Of a stretch of 64,000 bases of DNA, positions 11,886 through 23,921 are shown one piece after another. Under the pieces are notes generated by a model. It was not told the DNA's origin and searched no databases. It was given only the letters and a program-made list of their open reading frames with translations. A program made the position numbers and the translations under genes. The DNA is from Massalongia carnosa (taxonomy: Eukaryota). The stretch covers positions 2,790,001 to 2,854,000 of the forward strand of contig OZ287071.1 of the NCBI GenBank assembly GCA_965645245.1. The letters run 5' to 3'. Each line of letters starts with the position of its first letter. The first letter of the stretch is position 1.

Positions 11886-12289
11886 GGCTTTCGTCAGATA
11901 GCTTCAATCTAGATAAATCATACAATACCATTGATTGGCCGTCGTTATTCATATCATCATGATCTTTGTAACTCAATGTAATCGCGCCACATGAAAATAA
12001 TCAGTTCATCAACCTCAAAATTGAGCGAAAGCGAACAATTTATCACTTAATCGACTTTCACATCGCTTTTCTTAGCCTGACAGTAGTTATAACACATGAT
12101 TATCGAGTCATCCATCTTGAGAGGTGCGTTTTTGGTATAAAATACAGTCTCTGGTAAACTAATACGACCCTAATCATTGTATTAAATCCATAAAAGGAAT
12201 GGTTGCACTGCTAAAATTTTTATTACGCGGATCTGGCCGTAATTTTGAGTTTTGCGCTCAGACGTGCTATCGCACTGATGTTAGTCAGC

Positions 12290-12384
12290 AGCGACGCTAA
12301 CCCGAAGGGGCTTAGCGAAAATAGGCTAACCCGGAGGGGCTTAGCCGGCTCATTGAGCCACGCACGTCTGAGGTACTGAGGCAA
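12290..12384 (-). repeat. Right TIR of the Academ-like element
   Basis: Reverse complement of 501-595. Confidence 0.9.
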
Positions 12385-12696
12385 CTTGCCGAGTGTAGAT
12401 GCAAATTGCTTTGTCAGCTGGTTTCGGTACTTGGCATCGGTTGCCGTTTTAACATGTTTCATTCAAACAATTTCATATGAACGATTTTTCCCTCGATTCT
12501 TTCCTGACCGTTCTCCAATATCTGCTGAAACAAATCCTTATCCTGACTCTTTTTAAGCCAGCCCAAAAACATCGGTTGATCTATCATTGCAATTCCTATC
12601 TCGGGGACGCTGTCGAATCGCGACCGCATCAGTTGCATGTCTCCTATTTCGTCAATCACTCTCTTCCTATTTCATCAACCGCTCCCCACCTCAATC

Positions 12697-12987
12697 ATGA
12701 ATTGTAGCAGCATCATGAACAATGACTTTATTAAAACTAGTGATTCTATTGCAACGCGCGTGCAAAATGCTAAGCAGTTTTTATTAGAAAACCCCAAGGA
12801 GAGCATCGTTTGCGCTGCTCGAATCTTCAACCTTGTCGACACCACTCTATATAGTTTAATTGAACGTGAAAAGACGCCACTGAAGCCAACTGAAGGGCAG
12901 AACAAAATACTGGAGGAGCATCAGGTCAGAGCCATTCACGAATTCATTCGATCTCTGATTGCGTATGGCATTCAACCTACTCATAAA
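12697..12987 (+). pseudogene. pogo/Fot1-like transposase N-terminal fragment (psq HTH and start of CENP-B HTH)
   Basis: SIVCAARIFNLVDTTLYSLI...GQNKILEEHQ...GIQPT; cut by an LTR at 12988. Confidence 0.65.
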
Positions 12988-15900
12988 TGTAATGGGCTAC
13001 GAGACCAGTAAGCTAATCACGAGCGACACTGATCTCGAAAGGGGAAATGCTCAGCGTGAGAGGTGGAAGATAGCTACTACGTGCTGGTCTCCGAGAGTAT
13101 ACGTGATCCAAAGAACTAATGGATGTGGAAGTGCTTAGACCACCAAGAGATCCCGTCCGAGACCCAAACGTAGGTTGTTCATAGAATAAAGACTAATTGC
13201 TAACGAATACTACAGGATTCGTTCTGGTATTTATCCTACTCACCCCAAGCCTATAGCCTTGGGAGCCTTGGAACCTTAGGAGCCTTGCAACCCACATCTG
13301 ACCTTATCGCCTTACATCCAACCATCCCTCAGGATCCATCTACGAACTTTAGACAGAAAATAGTGTCAACTATCGCCCTGATAAAACTAAGGGTGTTGGA
13401 TATGCCTTTCGAGGTTATCCCTATGCTACCGCTCAAGTATCCTATGGAAGCCCCGCTCTGATGTCAGAAATATGCTTGGATTCCGGAACTTCGGTTACTA
13501 TGGGAAATCGTGCTTATCTACAGAAGCATGTTCCAGATCTCGTCATCACTAGAATGGCATCTCCGGTTCCTATTCGTGGAGTAGGTAAAGGCGAGGTAAG
13601 AACAGATGAAGTAGCTCTTGTACAGGTAAATCTTGATGGAATCTCCAAGGATGGTCTTGCTACTGGCGTAATAATCATCGAGGTCGACATAGTAGATAAC
13701 CTGAAAGTCAATCTACTCATAGGAAACGATGTCATGACGCCTCAAGGTATGACCTTAGACTTAGGGAAGCAGATCATGACGATCGATAGTTGCAAGGGCA
13801 TCAAGCTACCCATCAACAGTCGTGCCCGTGTTACTCCACACATCAAGCGCACGATCCGATCTAAGAATGCCTTCACTGTTCTTCCTGGAACGACCATGCG
13901 CGTACCAGTCACTTTCAATGGACAGTTACCAGATGACAGAGATTTTCTCTTCGAACCACAGCTGGCAGCCAGTCATGACTTGGGGCATGAGGGAGGCGTT
14001 TTCGCCCACATAGTAGACACTGACCTATCATGGGTAAACATTCATAACGCTACCAGCACTCCGGTGGTTCTTCCGAAGAGAGCTCGCCTAGGATCAGTGG
14101 TAGAATACACGCACCATGGATGCTACATGACATTACCAGCGGAAGCCCATCTAGCTACGTCAGGATGGAAGACTGGAAGATCTATAAGATCATTAATCAC
14201 AAAGGGAGCGGCCTTAATGGCTACGGCTTATGCCACATCCGTATCATCTAGTGGCACAATCGGTGTTGATACCACCACTTCGATAAAACCCACCTCAGTT
14301 ATAGCTCCCGATATGGAGATGAAGCTATTTAACGGAGTTACCGTTTATGGCCATATCGGTATGAATCAACCGCTCTCTGACCTTGTCACCGAATACCAAG
14401 ATGTGTTCATCGATCAGGGTACGACCGTGGACATTCCGGAGGAAGAATGGATGCCCATCAACCTGAAATCAGGTATCGTACCAAAACCGCCCGCGAAGGT
14501 GTACCCAATAGGACAAAGAGATAAAGAATGTATCGACACAACTTTTTGATAAGCTTCAGGAACAAGGAAAACTTAAGTTCACCACTCAACCTACAACGTT
14601 CAGCTTTCCATGCTTCGTAGTGTAAGAGGATACTCCAAGTGGACGAAAGGGTAGAGTAGTCATAGATATCAGAGGACTTAATGACATTACGGAAATAGAT
14701 AGCTATCCCTTGCCTTTACAAAGCGATATCATCGCAGCGGTCTCCGGTTATCCTTATATCAGTACGGTGGACGCAGTGGGTTGGTTCTACCAGTTTAGTG
14801 TTCAACACAAGGATCGGCACAAACTAACCGTTGTTAGTCATAGGGGACAAGAGGAATTCGGAGTAGCCTTAATGGGATATAAAGGAACTCTACCCTATGT
14901 TCAACGACAAACTGACAGGCTGCTACGGCCGTACATACCGTAAATTCGCTAGAGCTTTTATGGACGACATCATTATATTCAGCAGCACTCTGAAAGAGCA
15001 CGTAGCTCATTTACGACAGCTGTTTGACACGTTTCGACTCAAACGAGTCAGTCTAGCACCTTCCAAGTCATTTCTGGGATATCCATCCGTCATACTACTC
15101 GGTCAGCGCGTGGACTCCTTGGGAATGTTAACATCAGAAGAAAAAATAGCCGCTATTACGTCTCTGTTGTTCCCAATCAATCTACGAGACTTAGAAATAT
15201 TCCTTAGACTCACCAGGTGGTTGCGGACGTCTATCCCGCGATACGCTCAAAGAGCAAATCCTCTTCAAGAACGAAAAACCGCGCTAACACGTACGCTCCC
15301 GGTCATTTCCAAGGGTCCTGCCCGTAAACGGCAGTCTATTCGAGTATTCTTCTATGACCGACCACAGAGGAAGTGCTAGCCTTCAAGGACTTGCAAGACG
15401 CGTTCAGGTCTCCTAGATTTCTGGTTCATTTCAGCCCCAAACGCCGTCTTTACGTGGACCTAGATGCCTCGAAATCCTGGGGATTCGCCGTATAATCTAT
15501 CATGTCAAAGGCGATATTCTCATCATTCCAAGTGCTTATTCCCGCCCAAGCTGACATTGAACCGATTATGTTTCTTAGCAGGTGCCTCAACTCCACCGAG
15601 AAGAACTACTGGCCGACTGAACTAGAGATTGCCGGCATAGTATGGGTTGTACGAAAAATCAGGCACATGATAGAATCGACAGAATGCCCACCTACCATCA
15701 TATACACTGATCACTCAGCCGCTATTCCCATCTCCCGTCAAACCAGTATGACTACATCGAGCACTGATAAGCTTAACTTAAGACTCGTTCGGGCGTCACA
15801 GTACTTGTCTGGATTCAATCTTACTCTGCGTCACAAATCTGGTAAAACCAACATCGTCCCGGATGCCCTATCACGCCTTCAAGCAGACGTATCTACAGCT

Positions 15901-16671
15901 GAAAAGATAGGCGAACTGGAAGCCTTGTATGGATGCCCGGTTAACTTGGCTCAGCATGAGCTAAGTTCCCTACTACCAGACCTAGCTCCCGTAGCCTATC
16001 ACGTCACACTGGTAGAAATGGCGGATGAGTTCAAAAATAGGCTCAAAAAAGCATACGATGATGACTAATATTGGGAAAAGATTTTAAACCTAGTAAAACC
16101 AAAGGAGAGCGACCTGTCCTCAATCAACGAAGGTGAGGCAACCGAATTGACGATCGACAATTCCACCCCACCAGAAGGCTCCCGCCTTGGAATTTGCTTT
16201 CGCTATAGAGATGGATTATTATACTACGTATCAGCCGACGATGGGCGAGAGCGATTATGTATACCCGCTTCCCTAGAGGAGGAGATCTTCAGGCAAGCTC
16301 ATGACAGGACCAGTCATGGTGGCTTTCATAGAACCTATGATCGGATAGTTAACTCGATCTACATACGTCACCTCAATAAAAGATTGAGAACGTACATAGC
16401 GCATTGTCCGGAATGTCAGTTGAACCAAACCAAGAGGCACGCACCATATGGAGAACTCAATCCCATTGTCACTCCGGCTATGCCCTTCCACACCATAGCA
16501 ATGGATTTCATAGTGGCATTACCAGGGACGCCTCCAGACTGGTATGACAGTCTTCTCACCATCACTGATAAGTTCTCAAAAAAGGTGCTATTGCTACAAG
16601 GAAAGACCACTTATGACGCAGTCCAATGGGCCAACATAGTCATTGTGGCGCTCTTACAACATGATTGGGGC
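12988..16671 (+). mobile_element. Deleted and truncated Ty3/gypsy element
   Basis: The first ~360 bp match the solo LTR at 32126, then jump into pol. Motifs CLDSGTS, FMDD, DLDAS..NYWPTELE, HGGF..CPEC, MDFI. Several stops and frameshifts; ends at ..QHDWG inside integrase. Confidence 0.88.
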
Positions 16672-17022
16672 TATTGGAATTTGCCGAGATACCTGAATAT
16701 TTGCGACCGAGGTTCTTTTGCCTCCTGCTTACTAATTTCCAGATTAGGCAATCATATGCTATATGCGAAAAGCTTCAGATATCGGCACGACTTCGGCAAC
16801 TACAGTCGACTGCAAAAGGTTGGTCGCGACCCTGAATTTGGGACCACACATCAAATATTTACGCGAAAATGGCAAAATGCCGGCAAAAATCCGAATAACT
16901 ACCCTCACCGCCTACATGCCAATGAAGTCGTACTACTGGTCAGTATTGAAGCGACTTGTAGATTAGTATATGTAGATGCCATTCCCCGTCTTTTTCCCTC
17001 TCTCCTCTGCCATTTTCCCAAA

Positions 17023-18067
17023 ATGCCCCCCCCTCTCAGTGAGACCCTTCGTGAGACAATCACGCTTCGTTTTGTACGAGATGACAGCAATAAGACAATT
17101 GCATCTGTCACTGGTGTTGGCATCAAACAGATTCAACGAATGAGACGTAATTGGACTCATTTTGGAGATGTGGTTCTACCTCAATTGTCAATTGGACATC
17201 GCCCTCGTAAACTCAGTCAATTTCATGAGATTGAACTTCTGAAATATCTGGAGCAACGTCCGCATGCCTATCTGGATGAAATGTGCTGGTTCATTTGGGA
17301 CGGATTTCAGATCTCTGCAGATGAGACCACCGTTGGTCGTGCCCTAAAAAGGCTTGGTTGGAATCGAAAGAAGGTGATCAAACAAGAAGCTCAAAGAAAT
17401 CAAGGCCTTCGAGATGGATGGATGCAGAGACTCGGAGAATGGACTGCAGAGCAATTGATCTTTTTGGACGAAAGTGCAGCTTGCGAAAGAACCGGTTATT
17501 TCCTATCTCATCTTTCATCCCATCTTCGTCATTTTTCTCACTTTCTGACTAGGTGATCGACGATACGGATGGGCTCAGGCAGGCGTCCCTCCAATCATGA
17601 TTCAGGATTTGAAAAGGTCAAAGAGATGGAGCATTCTTCCTGCATTTACCGTCGATGGATATATAGCTTGGGAGGTGCATCAGGGCTCCATAACTGCCGA
17701 AATTTTCAACGACTTCGTTCGAAATCAGGTTCTTCCTCAGACGACTGCCAATGGAGGTCCTAGATCTGTTTTAGTACTAGATAATGCCAGCATTCATTGG
17801 AATCAGGAGCTTATTCAGATGTGCGAGACAGCCAACGTCACCTTGGCACGACTACCTCCTTATTCTCCAGATTTCAATCCAATTGAAACGTCGTTTGCAT
17901 TGCTAAAGGCATGGATTCGACGGAATGGAGAAATGAGTCTTTCGTACACGGAGGAGTATGGGGGATTCGGACAATTTCTTCGGGATGCAGTCAAAGATCT
18001 GAGAATGGGAGACCCCGGAAATTTATTTAGATTGGCTGGCATTCAGTATCCAACCATTTCAATCTGA
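17023..18067 (+). CDS. Tc1-like DD34E transposase (intron 17495-17552)
   Basis: N-terminal HTH region; FLDES, VLDNASIH, LPPYSPDFNPIE with 34 residues between D and E. The spliced frame is open. Confidence 0.92.
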
Positions 18068-18082
18068 TTAGATACATAGTAT

Positions 18083-20248
18083 CTAATCCTCATCTTCATC
18101 TTCGGCATAATCGTATTCTAGACTATGCGTCTCATCTTCCTCAATTGTATCTCTCACTCCAGATCCTACCTCCCCGCCCCCGTCCACCTCCCCATCCTCC
18201 ATCCCCTTATCCACCCGAGTGACCGCCTGAGTGACCGCCTGAGTAGCCATTTGCGATGTCGGTAAATGGCGTTGACGCCGAGGGGGAGGCGGGGGCATTT
18301 GCTGAGATATCTGTCGAGACATTTGTCGAGACATTTGCAAAGGCATTTGCCGAAACATTTCTCTTCCAAATTTACTGACGTCTCGCGCCAGTTGAATCCC
18401 GATTCCCGGAGGAATTCCTAGTTCCTGCCAGAACGTCTGATGCTCGATGCCTTTCAAGGATTGAACGGTCATCAGATCGTACCCACCTTCCATCAATCGA
18501 TCGCAGGCGTTGGTGAGCACTCCTTTCAAATGAGGCTTCATTTGAACGAGCCAACTGACATAGTCTTCCAGATCTTCTTCCACTGGACTGCTGCGGGCGA
18601 TGGAGGGGAGAGGGAGAAATCGACTCACGCTTCGACTGCTTCTGGATGATCTCGAATCTCTCCAATCCAACGGCGTTTCCTCACGGGCTCGTCTCGAGTC
18701 AGGTAATGTAGAAGGAGCATACTGAGAAGGATAAAATGCCGAGGGGGGAAATGCCGAGTGAGGAAATGCCGAGGGGAATGCCGAGGGAAATGTCGAGGGG
18801 AATGCCAATGACGAGGGGGGAAATGTCGAGTGGGGGTTTTGGTACGAGTGGTGTTGATACATGGGATGTTGATAAATGGAATGCCCACCTCCAAAGGGCA
18901 TTTCCTGAGACGAGGTTTCCTATTTTGGAGATGATGATTCAGTCTTTTTCTTACCTTTATTCAGGGAGAATAAATTCTCTCTGATCTTCGGTGGAGGTGT
19001 TCAAGAATCAACGCCTGAAATTCCATCATCTAGTGCTTTATTCCAGGTCACGAAATGAGCACTGTTGAGAGGATAATGCTGATTCTTCGTCTCATCATTC
19101 CAACAGTACTGTCCGAAATTCCTACATGCGTGTTTTTCACAGAGATGCAGACTTTGCAATTCGGACATTCTTTCGGCCGTCATGCCTTGCAACATGGCTC
19201 GTTCCTCCATCTCTTTTTGCAGCTTCATGGTCGCGGTTCCCAATTTCTTGGTGGCGACAGCTGTGGCAGCAGCAATAGGATCATCGGGAGGAATGACGCC
19301 ATCTTTGGTACGACTGAAGTTGAAAATAAGATCAACCGCGAAGCTTTTCTTTCGAATGCTGCTGTCTTCTAAATGAATTAGAACCTCCTCAATGGGCTGC
19401 CAGGATTCGATCAACATGAGAGCTGATTTTTCATGCGGTTTTATTCCATTCCATAACACGGTCGCTTTGATATCGACCAAATGACAAGCATACATTTTGC
19501 AATTCGCATACGTCTCGGCTTTCAAACTCATGTCCCCGGTGTAGCTTCTCAAAAAGAATCTTTTCGACGTAGTTGAATTGACTTCGTATGGAATCACCGT
19601 CTCGAAAAACGACGTGCTTCTCATACGACATCTTCACATTTAGTAGATATTTGATTACCATCGGAGGCAGTGGCGAAGGGATAAACGGGAGGGTTCCTTT
19701 CTTCTTGGTTTTCTAGACTTCTTACTGACAATCGAGTTACTAGGCACATTGAGATCTTCGACATCATCTTCGGCATCATCTTCGGAATCATCTTCGGCAT
19801 CATCTTCGGCATCTACAGCTTTCATCGCGTTCTCCTTTCTCCACTGACCCTGCCACCTCTGCTTCTCGTCTTCATCCGTCCAGTCGTCGGAGGAATCCTC
19901 CGTAATGACAAGGGGACTATAATAATTCGATTCGAAAGTCTTTGACTGCTGAGGCTGGACCTTTGACTTGGGAGGGGCCTTTGGCTTGGGAGGGACCTTT
20001 GGCTTGGGAGGGGCCTTTGGCTTGAGGGGGGCCTTTGGCTTGAAGGGGGGCTTTGACTTGAGGGGAGGCTTTGGCTTGGGAGGGGCCGGCGTCGATTCCG
20101 GCGAGGCTTCATCGATGCCGGCGGCGACAATGGCTCTGGCTCTCGGCCCTCCCAAAGTCAGTTTGATTCTCTTACCTTTGAAAGGCTCTTTTCCAGCCGG
20201 GGGGGGGCCGGAATTTGATCTTTTTGCTCTCGGTTCACAAAGTTTCAT
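18083..20248 (-). pseudogene. Uncharacterised second gene inside the Tc1 element (~700 codons)
   Basis: ATG at 20248 just inside the right TIR; probable short intron 19658-19617. ORFs 19001-19624 and 18083-18901 share a frame and are separated by TGA and TAG codons. PK-rich repeats, acidic tract, C-x4-C-x6-C..H..W motif, SAM-like C-terminal region. Confidence 0.7.
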
Positions 20249-20605
20249 ATCTGAGGTAAAAAATGGGGAATGGCAGAGGGAAAAAAGACGGGGAATGGCA
20301 TCTACATATACTAATCTACAAATCGCTTCAATACTGACCAGTAGTACGACTTCATTGGCATGTAGGCGGTGAGGGTAGTTTTCAGATTTTTGCCGGCATT
20401 TTGCCATTTTCGCGTAAATATTTGATGTGTGGTCCCAAATTCAGGGTCGCGACCAACCTTTTGCAGTCGACTGTATGGATATCATTCAGCCGCGCAACAA
20501 TAACAGCTTGACTGATGCTTTCTATACCACTCATTTCCAAAGCCAGCCTCTGCAAATTCCTACCAGGCTAGTTGTACAAGTCGAAGAAAGCTAGGACCTT
20601 CTATC

Positions 20606-23600
20606 ATGCCAGATAAAGATTTATGCCTATTATCTCTTGATGGTGGTGGAGTGCGAGGGCTATCGTCACTCGCAATCCTCAAGCGACTGATGGAGATCAT
20701 CAATCCGGATGCGCCGCCGAAGCCATGCGAGTATTTCGACATGATCGGAGGGACAAGTACCGGTGGATTGATTGCTATCATGCTAGGTCGTCTTGAGATG
20801 AATATCGATGAATGTATTGATGCCTATGTCGCATTGTTCGATCAAGTGTTTAAAAAAAAGCGGCATCGTGTCACAATAAACGGACACGTGCAGGGGAGAT
20901 TCGACACGGAAGAGCTGGAACGGTCGATTCGAGAAATCGTAAAGCGGAAGGAGAAGGCAGGGGAAAATGCTCTCCTCAAAGGATCAGAGAATCAGCAATG
21001 CAAGGTGTTAGTGCTTCGGAAGTTGCATTTACACGTATAATTCTAGTGATACTAATGAAAGCTAGATTTGTATGCGCTCTGAGCAAAGAGACTGCCGACA
21101 CAGTCCTTTTCACATCGTATCCTTCTCGAGGATCATCAGATATGTACCATAAGACACGAATTTGGGAGGCAGCTCGAGCCACATCTGCCGCATCATCCTT
21201 CTTTGATCCAGTTAAAATTGGCCAGTTTGAAGAAGAGTTTGTCGATGGGGCTGTGGGGGCTAACAATCCTGTCGCACATCTTTGGAACGAGGCCAAAAGT
21301 GTGTGGTCAGATGAAGTGCTTGAGGGAAACATCAAATGCCTGATATCTATCGGTACCGGTGTTCCATCCTTGGATTCTTATGGCTCAAGCCTCTTCGAGA
21401 TTGCAAAAACATTGAAAGACATTGCAACAGAGACAGAAAAAACAGCGGAGTCTTTTCATCGAGCGCATTCCGATCTCGACGATGGGAATCGCTACTTTCG
21501 TTTCAATGTTTCTCATGGACTTGAGAGTATTGGACTCGAAGATGCAGCACAGAAGAACAAGATCATGGCCGCCACAACCCGCTATGTGGCTTTGGAAAGC
21601 GTGATGAAACAAATGAAGCTTTGTGGAAATAATCTTTCAACACGAGAATGTGCGTCAATGTTTGCTTGATAATTCTTGAGTTACTAAATCCTTGAATAGA
21701 TAATGGTTCATATAAAGTGCCGTTCAGTTTGAAAGGCTTACTCCCTGTACCCAAATTCATAGCTCGTGATCAGGAAATGAATGACCTCAAGAATACCCTT
21801 TTCCCAAAACCAACTCGTGAGACTCGCCGGAAGGTGTTCGTTTTGCACGGACTGGGCGGCTCCGGCAAGACTCAGCTAGCAATCGAGTTCGCTCAAATAT
21901 CAAAGAAGATTTTCAGTTCTATTTTTTGGCTAAACGGTGATAGTAAGGAAAGTGTAAGTCAAAGTCTTGCACAGATTGCTCGGCAATTACCCCCAGATCA
22001 GATTCCGGATTCATGTATAAAATTCTCTAAAACATCCCCTGAAGAGCTAGATGAAATCATTAGCAATATTCTTATTTGGTTCAGTCGACATGAAAACAAT
22101 CAATGGCTTCTCATTTTCGATAATGTAGATCGTTCCCTTGAGGTAAATGATCCTCAATCATATGATGTGAAAGATTTTTTCCCGGAAGCCGATCATGGCT
22201 CTATTTTAATCACAAGCCGATTACGACAACTTTGACAACTCGGGCAGGACCGGCAACTTGGAAGGATGAGCGATCTACAAGGAGTAGAAGTATTACGATG
22301 CAGGATTGGACGATCAGTTGAAGGTAATGAAATTCAAGCAACAGTCTAAATCCAATTTACTAAGCATTATATAGGCCTTGATAGGATCGTCGAGAAAGTG
22401 GGTGGTCTCCCACTTGCACTTGCTCATGCAGGCTCCTATATCCACGGAACGACTACAAGTGTGAACGACTATATTCGATACTATGAAGAGACTTGGGAGA
22501 AGCTTCACAACAACAAAACGACTCGATTAATAGATTATCCTCGTAGCATTTTATCTACGTACACCATTTCCTATGAACATGTGCAACACAATGACGCGAG
22601 CGCTGCAAAATTGCTTAATCTGTTTGCATATCTCGATCATTCAGATTTATGGTATTCTTTATTCACACCTATACTTGACGAAGACGAGAGCATTATCCCA
22701 AAAGAGACATTACCTATCTGGTTTTCAAGTAGCGTGAAGACGGAATTTGATTTTACACAGAAGATTCAAATACTGCTGGATTACTCCTTGATAGAAACAC
22801 GATATGAGATCTCATCTTATGCGATTCATCCAATTATACATGACTGGTGTTTTCACTTGAATCTAACCTCTAACGACGAGATAGCTTCTTTAGCAGTTTC
22901 TGTAATTGGTTCCGCATGTCATTCCACTGGCAGTTCAGCAAACTGGCTGCATCGAAAACGACTGGCTGGTCATTGTAGTTATGTTCACTTCTGGATTGGA
23001 AAAAAACATCAAAACCTCGAAAGGAATATGAGATGGGAACAGGTACTATATCCTTCGTATCATGCTATTGGCTATTTTTCAAACGAACAAGGTAAGATGA
23101 ACGAGGCCGAAGAGATGTATCTGCGGGCATTGACAGGATACGAAAAGGCCTGGGGTCCTGATCACACATCAACGCTCGACACAGTCAACAATCTAGGAAG
23201 TCTGTATGCAGATCAAGGCAAGATGAACGAGGCCGAAGAGATGTATCTGCGGGCATTGACAGGATACGAAAAGGCCTGGGGTCCTGATCACACATCAACG
23301 CTCGCCACAGTCAACAATCTAGGGCTTTTGTATAAAGATCAAGGCAAGATGAACGAGGCCGAAGAGATGTATCTGCGGGCATTGACAGGAAAGGAAAAGG
23401 CCTGGGGTCCTGATCACACATCAACGCTCGACACAGTCAACAATCTAGGAAATTTGTATAAAGATCATGGCAAGATGAACGAGGCCGAAGAGATCTATCT
23501 GCGGGCATTGACAGGAAAGGAAAAGGCCTGGGGTCCTGATCACACATCAACGCTCACAACAGTCAACAATCTAGGGCTTTTGTATAAAGATCAAGGCAAG

Positions 23601-23921
23601 ATGAACGAGGCCGAAGAGATGTATCTGCGGGCATTGACAGGATACGAAAAGGCCTGGGGTCCTGATCACACATCAACGCTCAACACAGTCAACAATCTAG
23701 GAAATTTGTATAGAGATCAAGGCAAGATGAACGAGGCCGAAGAGATGTATCTGCGGGCATTGACAGGATACGAAAAGGCCTGGGGTCCTGATCACACATC
23801 AACACTCGACACAGTCAACAATCTAGGAAGTCTGTATAAAAATCAAGGCAAGATGAACGAGGCCGAAGAGATGTATCTGCGGGGCTCAAGCGGCTTTCCT
23901 GTGCCAGGTATGACATTCTAG
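20606..23921 (+). pseudogene. Fungal NLR: patatin-like phospholipase, NB-ARC, TPR (PLP-1-like architecture) with one in-frame TGA
   Basis: DGGGVRG, GTSTG and DGA patatin motifs; GLGGSGKT, LIFDNVD, ILITSR, GGLPLAL. Introns 21007-21065, 21650-21699, 22324-22374. TGA at 22233-22235. 42-aa TPR repeats. Confidence 0.92.
23088..23883 (+). repeat. 126-bp tandem repeats, ~6.3 units, encoding TPRs
   Basis: Units start at 23088, 23214, 23340, 23466, 23592, 23718, 23844 and are nearly identical. Confidence 0.97.

Larger units (their letters stand above)
501..12384. mobile_element. AcademH-like DNA transposon (helicase + transposase), ~6 kb without the nested gypsy
   Basis: 95-bp TIRs (501-595, 12290-12384). 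TSD-like CTTGCAGA/CTTGCCGA (493-500, 12385-12392). Convergent RecQ-like helicase and DUF6589-like transposase genes. The empty site is visible at ~25537-25545. Confidence 0.85.
240..12454 (-). repeat. Solo LTR of ~323 bp, split into 240-500 and 12385-12454 by the Academ-like insertion
   Basis: Starts TGTTGG at 240 and ends TTTTAACA at 12454. Both sides carry the 5-bp TSD TGTTT (235-239, 12455-12459). A second copy at 25293-25592 reads through the insertion site. Orientation is inferred only from a TATA-like CATAAATAGG on the minus strand. Confidence 0.8.
16803..20473. mobile_element. Tc1/IS630-type DNA transposon with ~200-bp TIRs and a second gene
   Basis: TA|CAGTCGACTGCAAAAGG...CCTTTTGCAGTCGACTG|TA. 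TIRs ~16803-17000 and ~20276-20473. Confidence 0.95.

Noticed and set aside
12143..12220. TA-CAGTCTCTGGTAAACTAATACGACC resembling a Tc1 TIR
   Set aside because: No partner or second copy seen; too short to support
16147..17556. 469-aa ORF looking like an integrase-transposase fusion
   Set aside because: Chance read-through from truncated gypsy integrase across flank and TIR into Tc1 exon 1; the transposase starts at 17023
20249..20407. N-terminus of ORF 19655-20407 similar to part of ORF 16147-17556 (NYPHRLHANEVV...)
   Set aside because: Both are translations of the TIR, not a shared protein domain
23088..23883. CRISPR-like array
   Set aside because: In-frame 126-bp coding repeats with no unique spacers, in a eukaryotic gene
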